A DNA stretch of 63,573 nt, filler included, from Octopus bimaculoides (GCF_001194135.2; 6 parts of 6 records of this genome joined end to end with filler, not necessarily neighbours in it), one strand, 5' to 3'. Numbered from the whole stretch's first letter, positions 11,576 through 23,789 are shown. The notes: a model not told the origin generated them from the sequence alone. A program made the numbers and translations.

Positions 11576-12013
11576 AAAACACGACTAAAGCTAGCCATAC
11601 TCCTCTGACCTACCTGCCTCGCGGCCTGGTTAGTTCGTCTCGATTTACGTCCACTCAGACTCTTCAGATTTATGTATTTCGCTTCCCCTCGTCACCTAAA
11701 TTATGTCCATCATTTCTAGCTGGCACTAAACATTATGCTCAGCTATTCCATTCTTCATCCTACAGGAATTTTCAACAATGATTTTCCTGTCGCTGCGAAC
11801 TTGCAAAATCTCAGAACCTTCTTTCAAACCAACGCAATAAAAAACATGTATGTATAGATTTTATCCTGCAGATAGTCATGCGCACTCGGTTTTCTCAGCA
11901 CTCTGTGGATTTATTCCATGTCCACTGGTCATATTGATATTTCAATCGTCCAGGTCCTGTTTCACCAAATGTAGAATGTGTTTGTAGGTTCGTGTGTGTG
12001 TATGTATGTGTGC

Positions 12014-12049
<36 letters not shown>

Positions 12050-12273
12050 ATTTGTGTGTGTGTGTGTATTTGTGTGTGTGTGTGCGTGTGTGTCTAATCC
12101 AATGCATGTAATTTATGTACACATGCCTACTGCTTTCTTATAATCCTAAGATTTAACCGTATTTTTAGTCTCCAAAGACTGCGTTCTTTTGGTACCTTGC
12201 TTACTGCTGTGCAACACTACTTGTGTTGTTCAGCTATAAACTAAGCCACATTTTACTATTCAAATTAAAATAG

Positions 12274-12311
12274 CCAATCAACTAATCTTCAAACCCCTCT
12301 CACTATAAATA
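12274..12311 (+). promoter_or_regulatory. CCAAT + TATA box of the paralogous copy
   Basis: CCAAT at 12274-12278 and TATAAATA at 12304-12311, homologous to 8897-8860. Confidence 0.55.
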
Positions 12312-12518
12312 TTCATGTCTCTTATCCTCTCCCTAAGCAATGTAATAAGCCTCGACTTCAAAATAAAATAAGTATATAACTGAAAAATATTTCTCTGAGA
12401 TGCAGTTGTGGAATCGACTAAAAAGTATCATTTAAAATACATCTGAACTAACAGATCTACTTTCGGAACTATAGTTTCGTAAATTTTTCACGAAAAGATT
12501 ACCATCGAAATTAAGAAA

Positions 12519-13312
12519 ATGATAGAGCAATTTATTTTCTTTCTTTAATTATATTCAGTGAAAAGAGGGCAAAGTGCATTTGATATTATGCAAAATACTC
12601 TGTCTGAATGTAGTAATACCACTACATCAGATAAAAACATTTCTCCGTGGTTTCTTAAACAAGTGATAAATTTCTTAAACTGTGGTCCTTTACCGAAATT
12701 ACTCAACAGTAGAATACAATATATCGTAAAATGGGAAGAACAAAAAATATGTCTGGAACAAAAATGCAACCGCTATCTTCAGTTGTCGAATTCAGTTCAG
12801 CAGGAGAAAAACTGTTGGGAGATTCTATAAGAAATTGTTTGAAAAATGGAACTTGGATTGGAATACTTCCAAGGTGTGTAAAAAGCTGTCTACTGTTACC
12901 CGGGTTTGGCATATACAGTAACCGATATTCACACAATTTACAATATTTTCCGTTTGGCAGCTCAATTCCACAAAATACGGAAATTACTTATTCATGTCAC
13001 CGCAATTACTCGAGGAATTCTTAAGAAAATGTTACTTGTAATAATGGTGTCTTGAATCCCAAACCAATTTGTTCATGTAGAAATGTTTGGCTGAATAAAA
13101 TGAACATTCTTCAGTACAAAAATCATTCATCAGTGTCTGTTTGTGCCACAAAATAAACTTACGTATATTTTGGTTACGTTGATATAGGTCGTGAAAAGAT
13201 AACATGCAACTACTTCGATTGTGTTACTGTGCATTTTGACAATGCCACATTAGAAATAAATTTTAGGGATTACTTTGGAGATTGTTGCGCTTTGAAGTGT
13301 AATGCATACTAA
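12519..13312 (+). pseudogene. Pseudogene paralog of the CCP-repeat gene (inverted duplicate)
   Basis: ATG at 12519 aligns with ATG 8653, and the translation matches both ends of the protein (FLKQVINFLNC...EQKCNRY; ...DCCALKCNAY*). Lesions are TAA stops at 12546, 13022 and 13154 and a 673-bp frameshifting deletion at about 12775-12780. Confidence 0.9.
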
Positions 13313-13957
13313 TATCACAGTACTTCCAACATGAAGCTATCTCTTAAACAGAAAGATATATATACATTCATAATTTGTCTTAAATGGAATGGAGCCTATT
13401 CCATATTTAACTACAGAACTATAACAAATATAAGTGAAACAATCTTATTTTGAATTTTCGCAAGGTTTCTGATTTATTTTAAAATGGCATCAATAATTGA
13501 AGACATATTTTTAAAATTAAAATAATCGTTAATATATTCCCCTTAATTCTGTTGTTGCCGTTTCTATTTTATGTTTCATGAATATGAACCTTCAGTCTCA
13601 CACGTTTTATCACACTGTATATCGCTGGAATTCAATTATTTCCATTACATACATATGCATAAATTTTGACAGGTGTGATGATATATGAATGAAGTGAATA
13701 GAACCATATTTAAGATTCAACGAGTGTGAAGTAAACATTATTACATAAATCGGGCAATAGTTTCGTTAGAAAAGCTTTGCTTGCTCTAGACATGACGGAT
13801 GTGAAACTATAGGTAAAACTCATCTTTGTAAATGTTTAATACGCGCGTATTGAGCCACAAAGTATTGAGTAATTATTAAGTTTAATGCAACGTTGTTTTT
13901 ATATAGAACTTGACGTAGATATATATGTATTTATATACAATTTGATGAAAATATATA

Positions 13958-13995
<38 letters not shown>

Positions 13996-14466
13996 GACAC
14001 AAGATGTGATCTATTTCTAGCGCATTAATTGTCCACGTTAGTGGTCGACGTCATTTTTTTTAAATGTACCTTAATCCCCTGAGATTGCAGATAATATTTC
14101 TGAATCTCTTTGATTCTTTAGATGTGCTGGCCTCCTGATAATTAATCGATATTAATTAATATATGACTAATTACCAGATTTTATAATAATATTATATANN
14201 NNNNNNNNNNNNNNNNNNNNNNNNNNNNNNNNNNNNNNNNNNNNNNNNNNNNNNNNNNNNNNNNNNNNNNNNNNNNNNNNNNNNNNNNNNNNNNNNNNNN
14301 NNNNNNNNNNNNNNNNNNNNNNNNNNNNNNNNNNNNNNNNNNNNNNNNNNNNNNNNNNNNNNNNNNNNNNNNNNNNNNNNNNNNNNNNNNNNNNNNNNNN
14401 NNATATGACCGTTGACTGAACACTATTCAATTTTTTTTCTCCGTGTTTTTCTCCTTGTCTCCGTAT

Positions 14467-14503
14467 TCTTTCTGTTGAAGAGCGTAGCTCGAAACGTCAA
14501 AGA
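14467..14503 (+). ncRNA. Minimal type I hammerhead ribozyme-like motif, CUGUUGA core variant
   Basis: TCTTT-CTGTTGA-A-GAGC-GTA-GCTC-GAAAC-GTC-AAAGA. Stem I TCTTT/AAAGA is perfect, stem II is GAGC/GCTC, stem III is the palindrome ACGT, and the triplet is GUC. Confidence 0.6.
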
Positions 14504-14635
14504 CTTTCCGTATTCCCGAGCGTCATACTAATATATACTTTTGTTATTTACATCACCTGTCCTCGTCTGTTGTTATTTTTTGTATATTCTCCCATATATA
14601 TACATATATATATATACATATATATATATATACAC

Positions 14636-15160
14636 CTGATGCACAAAAGGGATAGAGATGCAGGAAAAAGCCGTAAAATGTGACAACCGACGCAGACTTT
14701 GTGGAGTTCACACTGAAGATATCACCCACATCATAAGCAGTGGTCCGAAAATGTCAACACGGTATATCTACCGACCGATGAGACATGACGTTGTATCTAG
14801 GGCACTCTATAATGAAATCCGTCGGAAGGATAATCCCGAGGAGAAAGAAATAAGAAGCCACAATATAATAGAAGCCGTAGCCACTCATAGTAAAAGGGAA
14901 TACTGGTGGAACGTACCAGTGAAGACTTCAATAAAATGTAAGCACAACAGACCTGATATAATGATTTGGGATAGACAAGAGAAACTGTGTACAGTTGTGG
15001 AAATTAGCTGCCCAGCGGATATTAACGTAAAGCTGAGATCAGTGAAAAACAGAACACCTACGCTGAACTATTGAGAAATCTGCAGTTACTCTATCCAGAT
15101 TACAAGTTCAGGTTTATACCTGTAATTATTGGGCCCCTGGGATATGTAACACACTGTCTA
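14636..15160 (+). mobile_element. Non-LTR retrotransposon 3' fragment with restriction-like endonuclease (R2/NeSL/R4 type), frameshifted
   Basis: HIIS...RHDVVSRALY, HNRPDIMIWD, VVEISCP and FIPVIIGPLG match the RHD / PD..E / KY endonuclease architecture. Confidence 0.8.
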
Positions 15161-16086
15161 NNNNNNNNNNNNNNNNNNNNNNNNNNNNNNNNNNNNNNNN
15201 NNNNNNNNNNNNNNNNNNNNNNNNNNNNNNNNNNNNNNNNNNNNNNNNNNNNNNNNNNNNNNNNNNNNNNNNNNNNNNNNNNNNNNNNNNNNNNNNNNNN
15301 NNNNNNNNNNNNNNNNNNNNNNNNNNNNNNNNNNNNNNNNNNNNNNNNNNNNNNNNNNNNNNNNNNNNNNNNNNNNNNNNNNNNNNNNNNNNNNNNNNNN
15401 NNNNNNNNNNNNNNNNNNNNNNNNNNNNNNNNNNNNNNNNNNNNNNNNNNNNNNNNNNNNNNNNNNNNNNNNNNNNNNNNNNNNNNNNNNNNNNNNNNNN
15501 NNNNNNNNNNNNNNNNNNNNNNNNNNNNNNNNNNNNNNNNNNNNNNNNNNNNNNNNNNNNNNNNNNNNNNNNNNNNNNNNNNNNNNNNNNNNNNNNNNNN
15601 NNNNNNNNNNNNNNNNNNNNNNNNNNNNNNNNNNNNNNNNNNNNNNNNNNNNNNNNNNNNNNNNNNNNNNNNNNNNNNNNNNNNNNNNNNNNNNNNNNNN
15701 NNNNNNNNNNNNNNNNNNNNNNNNNNNNNNNNNNNNNNNNNNNNNNNNNNNNNNNNNNNNNNNNNNNNNNNNNNNNNNNNNNNNNNNNNNNNNNNNNNNN
15801 NNNNNNNNNNNNNNNNNNNNNNNNNNNNNNNNNNNNNNNNNNNNNNNNNNNNNNNNNNNNNNNNNNNNNNNNNNNNNNNNNNNNNNNNNNNNNNNNNNNN
15901 NNNNNNNNNNNNNNNNNNNNNNNNNNNNNNNNNNNNNNNNNNNNNNNNNNNNNNNNNNNNNNNNNNNNNNNNNNNNNNNNNNNNNNNNNNNNNNNNNNNN
16001 NNNNNNNNNNNNNNNNNNNNNNNNNNNNNNNNNNNNNNNNNNNNNNNNNNNNNNNNNNNNNNNNNNNNNNNNNNNNNNNNNNNNNN

Positions 16087-16445
16087 GTTTGTCCTTCCAT
16101 TCAACAATTATACAAATAATACAATCCTTCATTTCTTTAAAAGTTTTACCCAGCAGCTTAACTTTTGCCGATAATATTGACATCGCAACATAAACGTACA
16201 ATTTATAAACTGAGACCGCGCAAGTACTCTCTGTTGGAGTCATTCGAAACTTCTCCCTTTCAATAGTAAATATACACGAGGACTGGCCATATCAAAAGGA
16301 AAACATCACACTTCACACCTTTTAAACGTGAGCTGCAATCTGATAGATGTTTCACAACACCAAGGAAATTAGACCTTACAACACCGAAATGCATATACTT
16401 AACATGGCTAGGTAGATTAGCATCCTGAAGAGTGACCATTCTCTT
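16087..16445. repeat. Near-identical inverted copy of 22319-22674
   Basis: The reverse complement matches with only 2 mismatches seen by eye over about 356 bp. Confidence 0.9.
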
Positions 16446-16851
16446 CACCAACACAATCTTATTCCCATCTGGGACAGTCCTACTACTGTGCACAGAGACA
16501 ACCTAAACCGTGTCCAGAGAAAACCACTTGACTGACTGGTATAATTTCACTGTTTTGTAATGTTTTGTAATGATTTCTATCTCATCCGAAAAATAAGCCT
16601 GCGAAGGATGTGTGTAAATGGGGAAAAGACGTGTAACCCTGAAATATATATCTACGTATGTATAAATAGATATGTATTTACACGCACGTGCGGTCACATG
16701 TTTATGTATTTATGCTTATATATACATGTGTGTGTGTGTGTGTGTGTGTGTNNNNNNNNNNNNNNNNNNNNNNNNNNNNNNNNNNNNNNNNNNNNNNNNN
16801 NNNNNNNNNNNNNNNNNNNNNNNNNNNNNNNNNNNNNNNNNNNNNNNNNNN

Positions 16852-16898
<47 letters not shown>

Positions 16899-16909
16899 TG
16901 TCATATAAC

Positions 16910-18050
16910 TCGCCCGTTAGTCAGTGGTTGAAAGAATTCTTTGTTAAGCACCTTTGTGTGTCAGTGGGTTGATCATTTTCTTGGATGGTGTACACGGTAT
17001 ATACCATTTACACCGTCCCATATCTATGAACAGTACGATATTATGCCTCTCGCTTGTGCGTTGTACTTTCGTTTTTGGTGGGGCAATCTTTGGTTACGTT
17101 AAAGATTTATGTTCCCAGGAAAAGTTCTCAGTGACGTGATTGGCCTAGCAGATGAAGCCATGTTGAGAGTTTTAGTTTTATGTTCTCCGTTTTTGGTTTA
17201 TAGTTTACTATGTTGTTTCCCTGATGAGTATTGTGATTTGGATATTGTACTGGTGAAGGAGAAACGATATGGATGACGATATTAGAGAATGGTTTCGATG
17301 GCTCGGTTCCTGGAGTCACTGCAAACTTAAACGTGACGTGTCTAGATTGCATATGAATGGCGTCTGGTGGCAAATAGTTAAGGAAGAATAAAAGTTGTAT
17401 ATTAATAGAATTGGTTGGAGGTAACAGCAAATATGCCGTTGATAATTTAGAAAAATTCAGGAAAAAAAATTGAAATAGGGTATGTCCAAGTGTTTATGAA
17501 ATATGGGCGTGCGACGTCCATCAGCTCACACCTGATGGTGAAATTTGATGCGTTGCTACCGCTCTAGAGTGAGGTAGCTGGAGGATGTGCTGCCAGCGGA
17601 AGCAATTTTGCTTAGACTATTATCCAGTATAATCAGGTGATTGGGTTAGTAGAAGGGTCAAATTTCACTATTGTGTGTTTGCAGATGGGTGTCTCTCGGG
17701 CATAGTTTACAAACTCTTGGACGACTCCAGTTTCGGCTGTTGAGGAGACGATACAAAGAGATGGGCATGCCTCTTTGTATCTATGCGAAAGCATGTCCTG
17801 CGTGTGCCTTTACTTGAAGGCATTGGTTATCATGCCGGTGTAGTGTCTTGTGATGCAATGGGACGGTGTGTCGGTGGCTTTGTAGACTACAGCACTTGAG
17901 AGGCAGTATCCTCCTAGAGGGCAGCTGGTATAGTTTCGACATTTACAATTTTGTTTTTGAAGGTTGCATGTTTGCGTCTACTCTAAACTACAATGGTAGG
18001 AGCTGTTGCAACCACACTTGCATACATGTGTCATGTTTGCAAGCATAATA
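16910..18050 (-). mobile_element. Degenerate Penelope-like composite (GIY-YIG remnants, internal inverted repeat)
   Basis: Minus strand 17950-17780 reads CKCRNYTSCPLGGYCLSSAVVYKAT...HYTGMITNAFK*R. 17470-17560 and 17735-17660 are inverted copies of one segment. Confidence 0.6.
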
Positions 18051-18820
18051 AATAACAGAAGCATGAATATGTTGCTTTTTAATGCATTTGATCTTTCTGG
18101 AATGTCGATCTTATTTTAGACACTCTATATAACTCGCCTTGACTAACAGCAGTGCAGGTTCTGGTTGCCGCTTTGAATTTCCAGCTTCTTTCCATACAAT
18201 TAAATAAGCCCGTTACTGCGAGAAGTTACTGTAGGTTACTGCAAGAATATACTGTGTGTGTGTGAATGAGATCATAAATTATAATTTTTATTACTCTCTA
18301 AAAAAAGAAAAGAAAAAGGCATTATCATGTTTCCATTAGCTCTACAAATGTAAAAGTTATTTGACATACATGTTCAGGGCAGCGATGTGAGAACATATGT
18401 ATACATTTATAAAACATGCATGAAAAAAATTATTACAGATAAAACATTAAAATAATAGAAATATTATTATTTCTAAATCTCTTAAAGTTCTTTTAAGTAG
18501 AGGCTATTTACCAACATAATGTGGCTGTGTAGGACAACCACATTATGTTGGCAAATGGTCTTTACTATACTATAAAAATAATCCTGCTGAAGAAGATCAA
18601 ACATGGCGAATTTTCGAGGATATTTGTAAGAAAATGTTTTCTTATTCTTAACACTAATATCTTTACATCGTCTGCATAGCATAGACGAACGAATTGGATA
18701 GATTCAGTATGCAAACATAAAATACATACAGAATATAAAAACTATTGTTATATGTGGTTATGTGAGAGTATATATCAATATCTATACGTATGTATGTATG
18801 TGTGTATGTATGTATGTATG

Positions 18821-18879
<59 letters not shown>

Positions 18880-19316
18880 GTATCTATCTACACACGATTT
18901 CAAAAAAAAATATTTAATCATGGCGGTTACCGTGTTTCCTCTTAAATCGGTTTTATATGCCGGCTAACCACAGCAAATTAACAGTGAGTGTACTAGATTC
19001 TGGTAATAATTCACGCTTGGTAAATCCAAGTCTCCTATTCGGGACTGCATAGTTTCTATAGAGTAAGTAATAGTATTAATAGTGATCAGGAGACGGTGAC
19101 TTTCCATAACTATAATATTATCAAACAGTTATTTACAGCATTTTTTCGTGGATCTACGCGTGTTTCAACTTCATCGACTCAATACTTTTAGATATGCATC
19201 CTGGTGTCGTTGTCAGTACAGTTTCGTTAGGGTTGAAGAATGCTGTAAATACCTGTTTAATAAAATCATAGACGTGGAAAATCTCCATTCTTGTCATCAT
19301 TATTAACACTATATAA

Positions 19317-19530
19317 GGCGGCGAGCTGGCAGATTCTTTAGCACGCCGGGCGAAATGCTTTGCGGTATTTCGCTTGTCGCTACATTCCAAGTTCAAATTC
19401 AACCGTGGTCGACTTTGCCTTTCATCCTTTCGGGGTCGATGAAACAAGCAGCAGTGAAACACTGGGGTCAATATGATCGACTAGTCCCCTCCCCAAAATT
19501 TCAGACCTTCTGCCTACTGTAGAAAGGATT
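19317..19530 (+). mobile_element. tRNA-derived SINE, family 2 (central gtcgactttgcctttcatcctttcggggtcgat)
   Basis: tRNA-like head ggcggcgagctggcaga...gttcaaattc. Many copies occur in the window. Confidence 0.85.
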
Positions 19531-19540
19531 ATTTTACACT

Positions 19541-19682
<142 letters not shown>

Positions 19683-19779
19683 TAATGATAATAATATGAC
19701 AAGAAAAGAATGAATGAGACCTCGATATTATGTAAAATAGAGGAATTTATCTATTGATATATGTGACAATTATTTGGTT

Positions 19780-19850
19780 GTCATAATAAAACTCAGAGTT
19801 TCAGATGTCGGGGCTGAAGTCTGCTCCGGTATCTCATCAGTTATTAAGAC
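19780..19850 (-). ncRNA. Type I hammerhead ribozyme-like motif
   Basis: Minus strand: gtcttaataa-CTGATGA-gataccggagc-agacttca-gccccgacatc-t-GAAA-ctctgag-TT-ttattatgac. Stem I pairs 9/10 and stem II 8/11. Confidence 0.55.
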
Positions 19851-19929
19851 AAAACGCTATGAAAAAAAACCCATTGAATAAAGGGAAATTACTCTAAAAG
19901 GCATGTTGAAAGTAATAATTCATAGAAAC

Positions 19930-20420
19930 CGCATATGCACACATATACACACATACATACATGTATGCACACACAGACATGTATGTATTTCTATCTATAG
20001 ACATACACACGTGTGTACATATACATACAAACACACACATATATATATATATATATATGTCTACGCATACACACACATACACACACGTATATACCCATGC
20101 ACGTATCACTATGCTCATATATACATCTCTACACGTACACACACATATACATACGCGGTTTATACGCACATGCATATACATACGCAGTTCATACGCACAT
20201 GCATATACATACGCAGTTCATACGCACATGCATATACACTCGCGGAAAACGTATATACAAATAAAAACGCATGCGCAAAAATGCACGCATCATTATGTTC
20301 ATATACACATCTCTATACGCACATACACATACATACGCGATATACAAAACGTAGTCTATGCGCACATGCACATACATACGCGGATAGACGTAAGTAAAAA
20401 CACATGCGCAAAAAACATAA
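19930..20420. repeat. Degenerate CA/TA-rich minisatellite including an about 29-bp unit (ttcatacgcacatgcatatacatacgcag)
   Basis: Direct repeats are visible at about 20160-20240. Confidence 0.75.
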
Positions 20421-20899
20421 ACCGTAAAACATTCACACTCGCCGCAAAATTTGAATATACAAATGAGTTATATATGTATATACACAAATACACCCTCCTG
20501 TCTGTCAAACACATCTACCCCAGCAGATATATAAACGTATATACATACATATATGTATAAAGGAAGGAGACAAGTACAACAGGTAGAGTCTTGCACTCGT
20601 ATATATACAACCATTCGTACACATGTATATATGCACGCACATATACATTAGGTATATACTACACGCGTATACGTCACACAATTATAAAGAGTGAAAAATA
20701 ATATACAGAAAAAATATATAAAGTAATAAAATATATGTAAATATATAAGAGATGTCAAGACGTATGAAAGGCTTGTACGTGGACATAATATAAATAGCAG
20801 GTTCTATCTGTGATCTTGTAGGGTCCAAAAACGTAGCAAATATTTTGCCATATGTGAACATGATCCAAAAACTTCAGTTCTAGAATTTAAATATTTAGC

Positions 20900-21580
20900 G
20901 GGTCTAAAGAACTTTTCCAGATAAGCCATCTTTCCATATCGCAAAGACTGCACTTTCCACTGCCGTTAGTGTAAGGCTTACACATGGCCAAGATCTTCCA
21001 GTGAATCTTATAATTGACACCTTTTTCTTTTAAGGACCATATATAAGTGAATAATTTGTTTGTTTTCTATATATGCCGGTGTCTGAAGCTTATGGTGTGA
21101 TTGTTGAACCTGGCTTTAAAATTTCCCTCATATTTCTTTGACGAAACTATGTCCTTAGTAGTTGTAGAGTTTACGGTGGCTTCATAAGTGATGGCTTCGG
21201 CCATACAAGCTCCATTTAGCGGGCACAAACTTTTAACACTGCAGGAACAGCCGGCTTCATTTTGTTGTTTTTGTTTGTTGTGTGCAATTATATTTTTAAT
21301 GTTAGTAGTAGAACTAAAACTAATTTTTAAGTTGTGCTTATTAAAGAGCTTTCTATAATTATGATTGATTGAAAAATGCCTATCAATAATGGATAAGAAA
21401 TATCTACCTATATTAAAGGTCACTTCGGGGGAGTAAGGTGGTGTGAACCAGATAATTTTCTTATTTGTATTTTTCCTTTTCTTTGTTACTGGACAGGTGT
21501 ATAGGTTATTTCCTCGCTAAAACCACTATTTTTTAGAGCTTTATTATATATATAATTAAGCAACAACACGTGTGCGGTTA
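20900..21580 (-). mobile_element. Penelope-like retroelement fragment (linker + GIY-YIG endonuclease)
   Basis: WFTPPYSP followed by ORF 21423-21067: NIGRYFLSIIDRHF...CSCSVKSLCPLNGACMAEAITYEATV...FKARFNNHTISF. Confidence 0.85.
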
Positions 21581-22318
21581 CATTGCTGAAACGTCAAACT
21601 CTGTTTTTACCGAGCGTCAAGCAGGTACATTGCTTATGCACGTCCTCTTGCTGTCCGTTAATTATATTATTTTTTGTTTTGTTAATTGATTGTTTATTTG
21701 AATTCACTATTTACTGCACACTCACATGGACCNNNNNNNNNNNNNNNNNNNNNNNNNNNNNNNNNNNNNNNNNNNNNNNNNNNNNNNNNNNNNNNNNNNN
21801 NNNNNNNNNNNNNNNNNNNNNNNNNNNNNNNNNNNNNNNNNNNNNNNNNNNNNNNNNNNNNNNNNNNNNNNNNNNNNNNNNNNNNNNNNNNNNNNNNNNN
21901 NNNNNNNNNNNNNNNNNNNNNNNNNNNNNNNNNNNNNNNNNNNNNNNNNNNNNNNNNNNNNNNNNNNNNNNNNNNNNNNNNNNNNNNNNNNNNNNNNNNN
22001 NNNNNNNNNNNNNNNNNNNNNNNNNNNNNNNNNNNNNNNNNNNNNNNNNNNNNNNNNNNNNNNNGAGTTGATCTATTTATAGCGAATTATCGGCTCCCGA
22101 AGGCTTCAGAAAAATACTCTATCACATGACCTTATTAAGGGCTGTGATTGGTCAGTTTGCGTTCTGGCGGGAACGGTTCGAAGAAGTTGCCGCTTCGAAT
22201 ATTAATCAGTCACGTGATGACAAGGAGATGGGTTCTCCGCTACGGCAGCGCTTGTTTATATTTAAATGAGAAGAATGGCGAGAGCAGTTTTGTATCTAAT
22301 GGCGATAGGTAGTTTCAG

Positions 22319-23230
22319 AGAATGGTCACTCTTCAGGAAGCTAATCTACCTAGCCATGTTAAGTATATGCATTTCGGTGTTGTAAGGTCTAATTTCCTTG
22401 GTGTTGTGAAACATCTATCAGATTGCAGCTCACGTTTAAAAGGTGTGAAGTGTGATGTTTTCCTTTTGATATGGCCAGTCCTCGTGTATATTTACTATTG
22501 AAAGGGAGAAGTTTCGAATGACTCCAACAGAGAGTACTTGCGCGGTCTCAGTTTATAAATTGTACTTTTATGTTGCGATGTCAATATTATCGGCAAAAGT
22601 TAAGCTGCTGGGTAAAACTTTTAAAGAAATGAAGGATTGTATTATTTGTATAATTGTTGAATGGAAGGACAAACAAGCCATAGATGATAAGAAATAAAGG
22701 AACGAGGGAGAAATTGAACTTTGGAGCACACCAGTATTGTTTGAGTGTGAGAAAGGAAGTTCTTCGTTAACATGCAACGGAATGGCATGATGCGATAAGA
22801 AGCTGTCAGAGCCCAAAGTCTAAGATTCGAGAAAGTACCGAAGCGTATAGACTAGGAGTTTCGAAATGACACTCCCATACCAGAAAAAGTCTGAAGCTTT
22901 GCCGGTATCAAGGGCAACGACATTGCTTTCTCAAATGGATTGTTGAACGATAAATGAGTGTCGACCTGCCACCCTAGTGGAAATGGTTCTACAGAAGAAG
23001 TGCCAGTGATTGTTGTTTGGCAACTGATGTAAGCTGATATGATTAGAAAATTGAATCCGTTTGCCGCCGAAGAGATATTTTAACCCTTGAAGATTAAAGG
23101 GAACTGTTAAGTTTAATGCGACGCAGGAGAATTGTAAAAGAAACGATGTCACAGAAGCATAGAAGTATGACGAAAATCGTGGGAACTTTATAGCAGAGCA
23201 TACTATAAAGAAATACATGTCCACACGCAT
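22319..23230. repeat. Unclassified dispersed repeat (probably a decayed retroelement, sense on minus strand)
   Basis: About 900 bp of direct homology to about 27540-28425, and an inverted near-identical part at 16087-16445. Confidence 0.75.
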
Positions 23231-23651
23231 TACATGTTTATGTATGTATGTATGTATGTATGAATGTATGTATGTATGTATGTATGTATGTATGTATGTA
23301 TGTATGTATGTCATTGTTCAGTTTTATTTCAATATTTCTTACCAGCAGAGAAAGAACCGGTTTTTAACCTAGATTCAAGGTTCCTTCATTGGAATTTCAA
23401 CATCAACAACAAGGTGTTTTTGTATGTATGTATGTATGTATGTATGTCCAGATTTGTATGTTTTATGTATGTATTCTTTTATGTATGCATATAGTTGCAT
23501 ATCTGGACATGCTAAATTGTGGGTCTTTCCAACTTCTAAGAAGATGAAATTTTAGAAATATTACTTCATTTGTGTGTAATATCTATGGTTAAAATTTCAT
23601 CAACAGCAAAAATATATGAATTTTCATGGGGATTATGGTCCTTATGCATAG

Positions 23652-23748
23652 AATATAATTTCCAAATATCATAAAGATCCATTGAATATAATTTCCAAAT
23701 TTCATAAAAATCCATTTAATATAATTTCCAAATTTCATAAAGATCCAC
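23652..23748. repeat. 33-bp tandem repeat x3
   Basis: Units start aatataatttcc at 23652, 23685 and 23718. Confidence 0.9.
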
Positions 23749-23789
23749 TATTACTATCATTCTGATTACCACTAGTGATATTTTCACTT

